Of a stretch of 64,000 nt of DNA, positions 62,745 through 64,000 are shown piece after piece; position 1 is the first letter of the stretch; every line of letters starts with the position of its first letter. Source of the DNA: Christensenellaceae bacterium. Its GTDB lineage: Bacteria; Bacillota; Clostridia; Christensenellales; DTU072. The stretch is taken from assembly GCA_031259085.1 (NCBI GenBank), contig JAIRMA010000004.1, forward strand, positions 41,088 to 105,087, in the 5' to 3' direction. Both the position numbers and the translations under genes were made by a program. A model generated the notes under the pieces. The model was given only the letters and a program-made list of their open reading frames with translations. It was not told the origin of the DNA and made no database searches.

Positions 62745-63167
62745 TCATTAATCCTTATGCTATCCATGCCAATTCTAAGAAATTCTCTAGTAATAAAAGA
62801 CTTGTATTTTTAAACCAGCTAAACAGCATTGTATATAATCATACTCTTTTTATCAAATTTAGTCAATAGTTACGTGTAAATTGATCGTTCGTACCGTGTG
62901 GTAAAATATTAGTTAACTAAAAACCTTTAAAAACTATCTTTTGTGCCAGTAAAACCCAACATTTTGGTATTAACTATATTGAAATATTATGACTTGATGG
63001 CTCAGCTTCCAAAATTATTATCATTTGTTTATTAAAGACATTTAAGTTTAAATTCTAATTGTTAAAAGCACTTTTGCTCTCAAGAATTTATGCAAAATTC
63101 GTCTTTAGTCTTGAAAAAAAGAGAATAATGCAGTATACTTAAAATAATACCCTTTGGAGCGCCTTGT

Positions 63168-63896
63168 ATGACTTCTACTAATTATACCACAAAATCAAAA
63201 TTTAGACGAAAAAAAAAGATATTAATTATAATAACATCAATTTTAATTGTTTTAATTATAGCTGGCCTTTTCACTTATTTGTTTACACTGGGTGTGCCTG
63301 GGAAAAACCTGCGGGCAAATCAAAAAATAGAGTATTGGAATGAAACTGGCTTTGAGAAGAACGAAGTCCTTTTATGCGGTAGTTCTTTTATTGAATATTG
63401 GGAGACATCAGATGCTGATTTAAAACCACTGACAACTTATAACGTGGGGATTGCCGCCACTGTAATATCAGATTGGGATAGATGGATAGATAAATTAATC
63501 GTCCCTTTTGCGCCTAAAACAATTTTACTGTATGTTGGCAGTAACGATATACATGGGGGGTTAGGTAGTAAAAAAGGCACTGTTGCTGGCGAGGAAGTTA
63601 TAAATCTATTAAATAAAATACATGAAAAATTAACTGACACAAATATTCATTATATTTCTATCGCCCCTACAATTGCGCGAGAAAAAGTCTGGTCGGAATC
63701 AAACACATGTAATGAAATCGTTAAAAATTTCTGTGAGCCTAGTGATTTTGCGAGTTTTATTGATTGTACAGCTTCTTTACTAAACGAGGATCAGTCGCTC
63801 AAAAAAGATATCTACGTAAAAGATAACTTGCATTTTAATGAAAAGGGGTATTCAATTTGGACAACTGAAATCAGAAAGGCGCTAGGATTAGATTAA
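63168..63896 (+). CDS. membrane-anchored SGNH/GDSL-like hydrolase
   Basis: N-terminal TM helix; block I CGSSFIE, block III VGSNDI, block V DNLHFNEKGY. Confidence 0.7.
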   Translation: MTSTNYTTKSKFRRKKKILIIITSILIVLIIAGLFTYLFTLGVPGKNLRANQKIEYWNETGFEKNEVLLCGSSFIEYWETSDADLKPLTTYNVGIAATVISDWDRWIDKLIVPFAPKTILLYVGSNDIHGGLGSKKGTVAGEEVINLLNKIHEKLTDTNIHYISIAPTIAREKVWSESNTCNEIVKNFCEPSDFASFIDCTASLLNEDQSLKKDIYVKDNLHFNEKGYSIWTTEIRKALGLD

Positions 63897-64000
63897 TTCA
63901 TACAATTTTTTAAACACCCAAATAAAAGTTTGCATTCCCTAATTTAATAATCAATTATTGCATTTATTGCGTTTAAATCTAATTTGAACAGTTTTTCTTA

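Overview
AT-rich, gene-dense chromosomal segment from a low-GC Gram-positive bacterium. It is most likely a small-genome member of the Clostridia, because a Spo0A homolog and a SCIFF peptide/radical-SAM maturase pair are present (inference). TGA is used as a stop codon, so genetic code 11 applies. The left edge (1-6.5 kb) is a Type III restriction-modification island with the order mod, small ORF, res, then a second frameshifted mod. The rest is mostly housekeeping: a KH/rimM/trmD/rbgA ribosome-biogenesis cluster, a complete F1Fo ATP synthase operon, luxS, hflX, an Fe-ADH, mnmA, tmRNA, scpAB, a MacB/FtsX-type ABC transporter, mtnN, a CapD-like dehydratase, two CPBP proteases, rlmH/tadA/pth, yajC, prfA/prmC, rpmE, an mreB-like gene, maf and ppx. 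The most notable observations are four. (1) Three apparent gene fusions: a delta(OSCP)-C-terminal segment fused to ATP synthase alpha with no separate atpH, BioY-BioB, and DUF1385-PrmC. (2) A Spo0A whose receiver domain lacks the conserved phosphorylation residues. (3) A roughly 200-bp promoter-plus-hairpin element present in two diverged copies. (4) The dual-mod Type III locus. Gene-poor stretches with decayed ORFs lie at 22.3-23.8 kb and 27.7-29.8 kb, the latter beside ssrA. I recognised no rRNA, tRNA, CRISPR array, transposase or integrase. All homology calls come from reading motifs in the supplied translations by eye; no database search was possible. Most short antisense ORFs in the track are shadow ORFs inside real genes.
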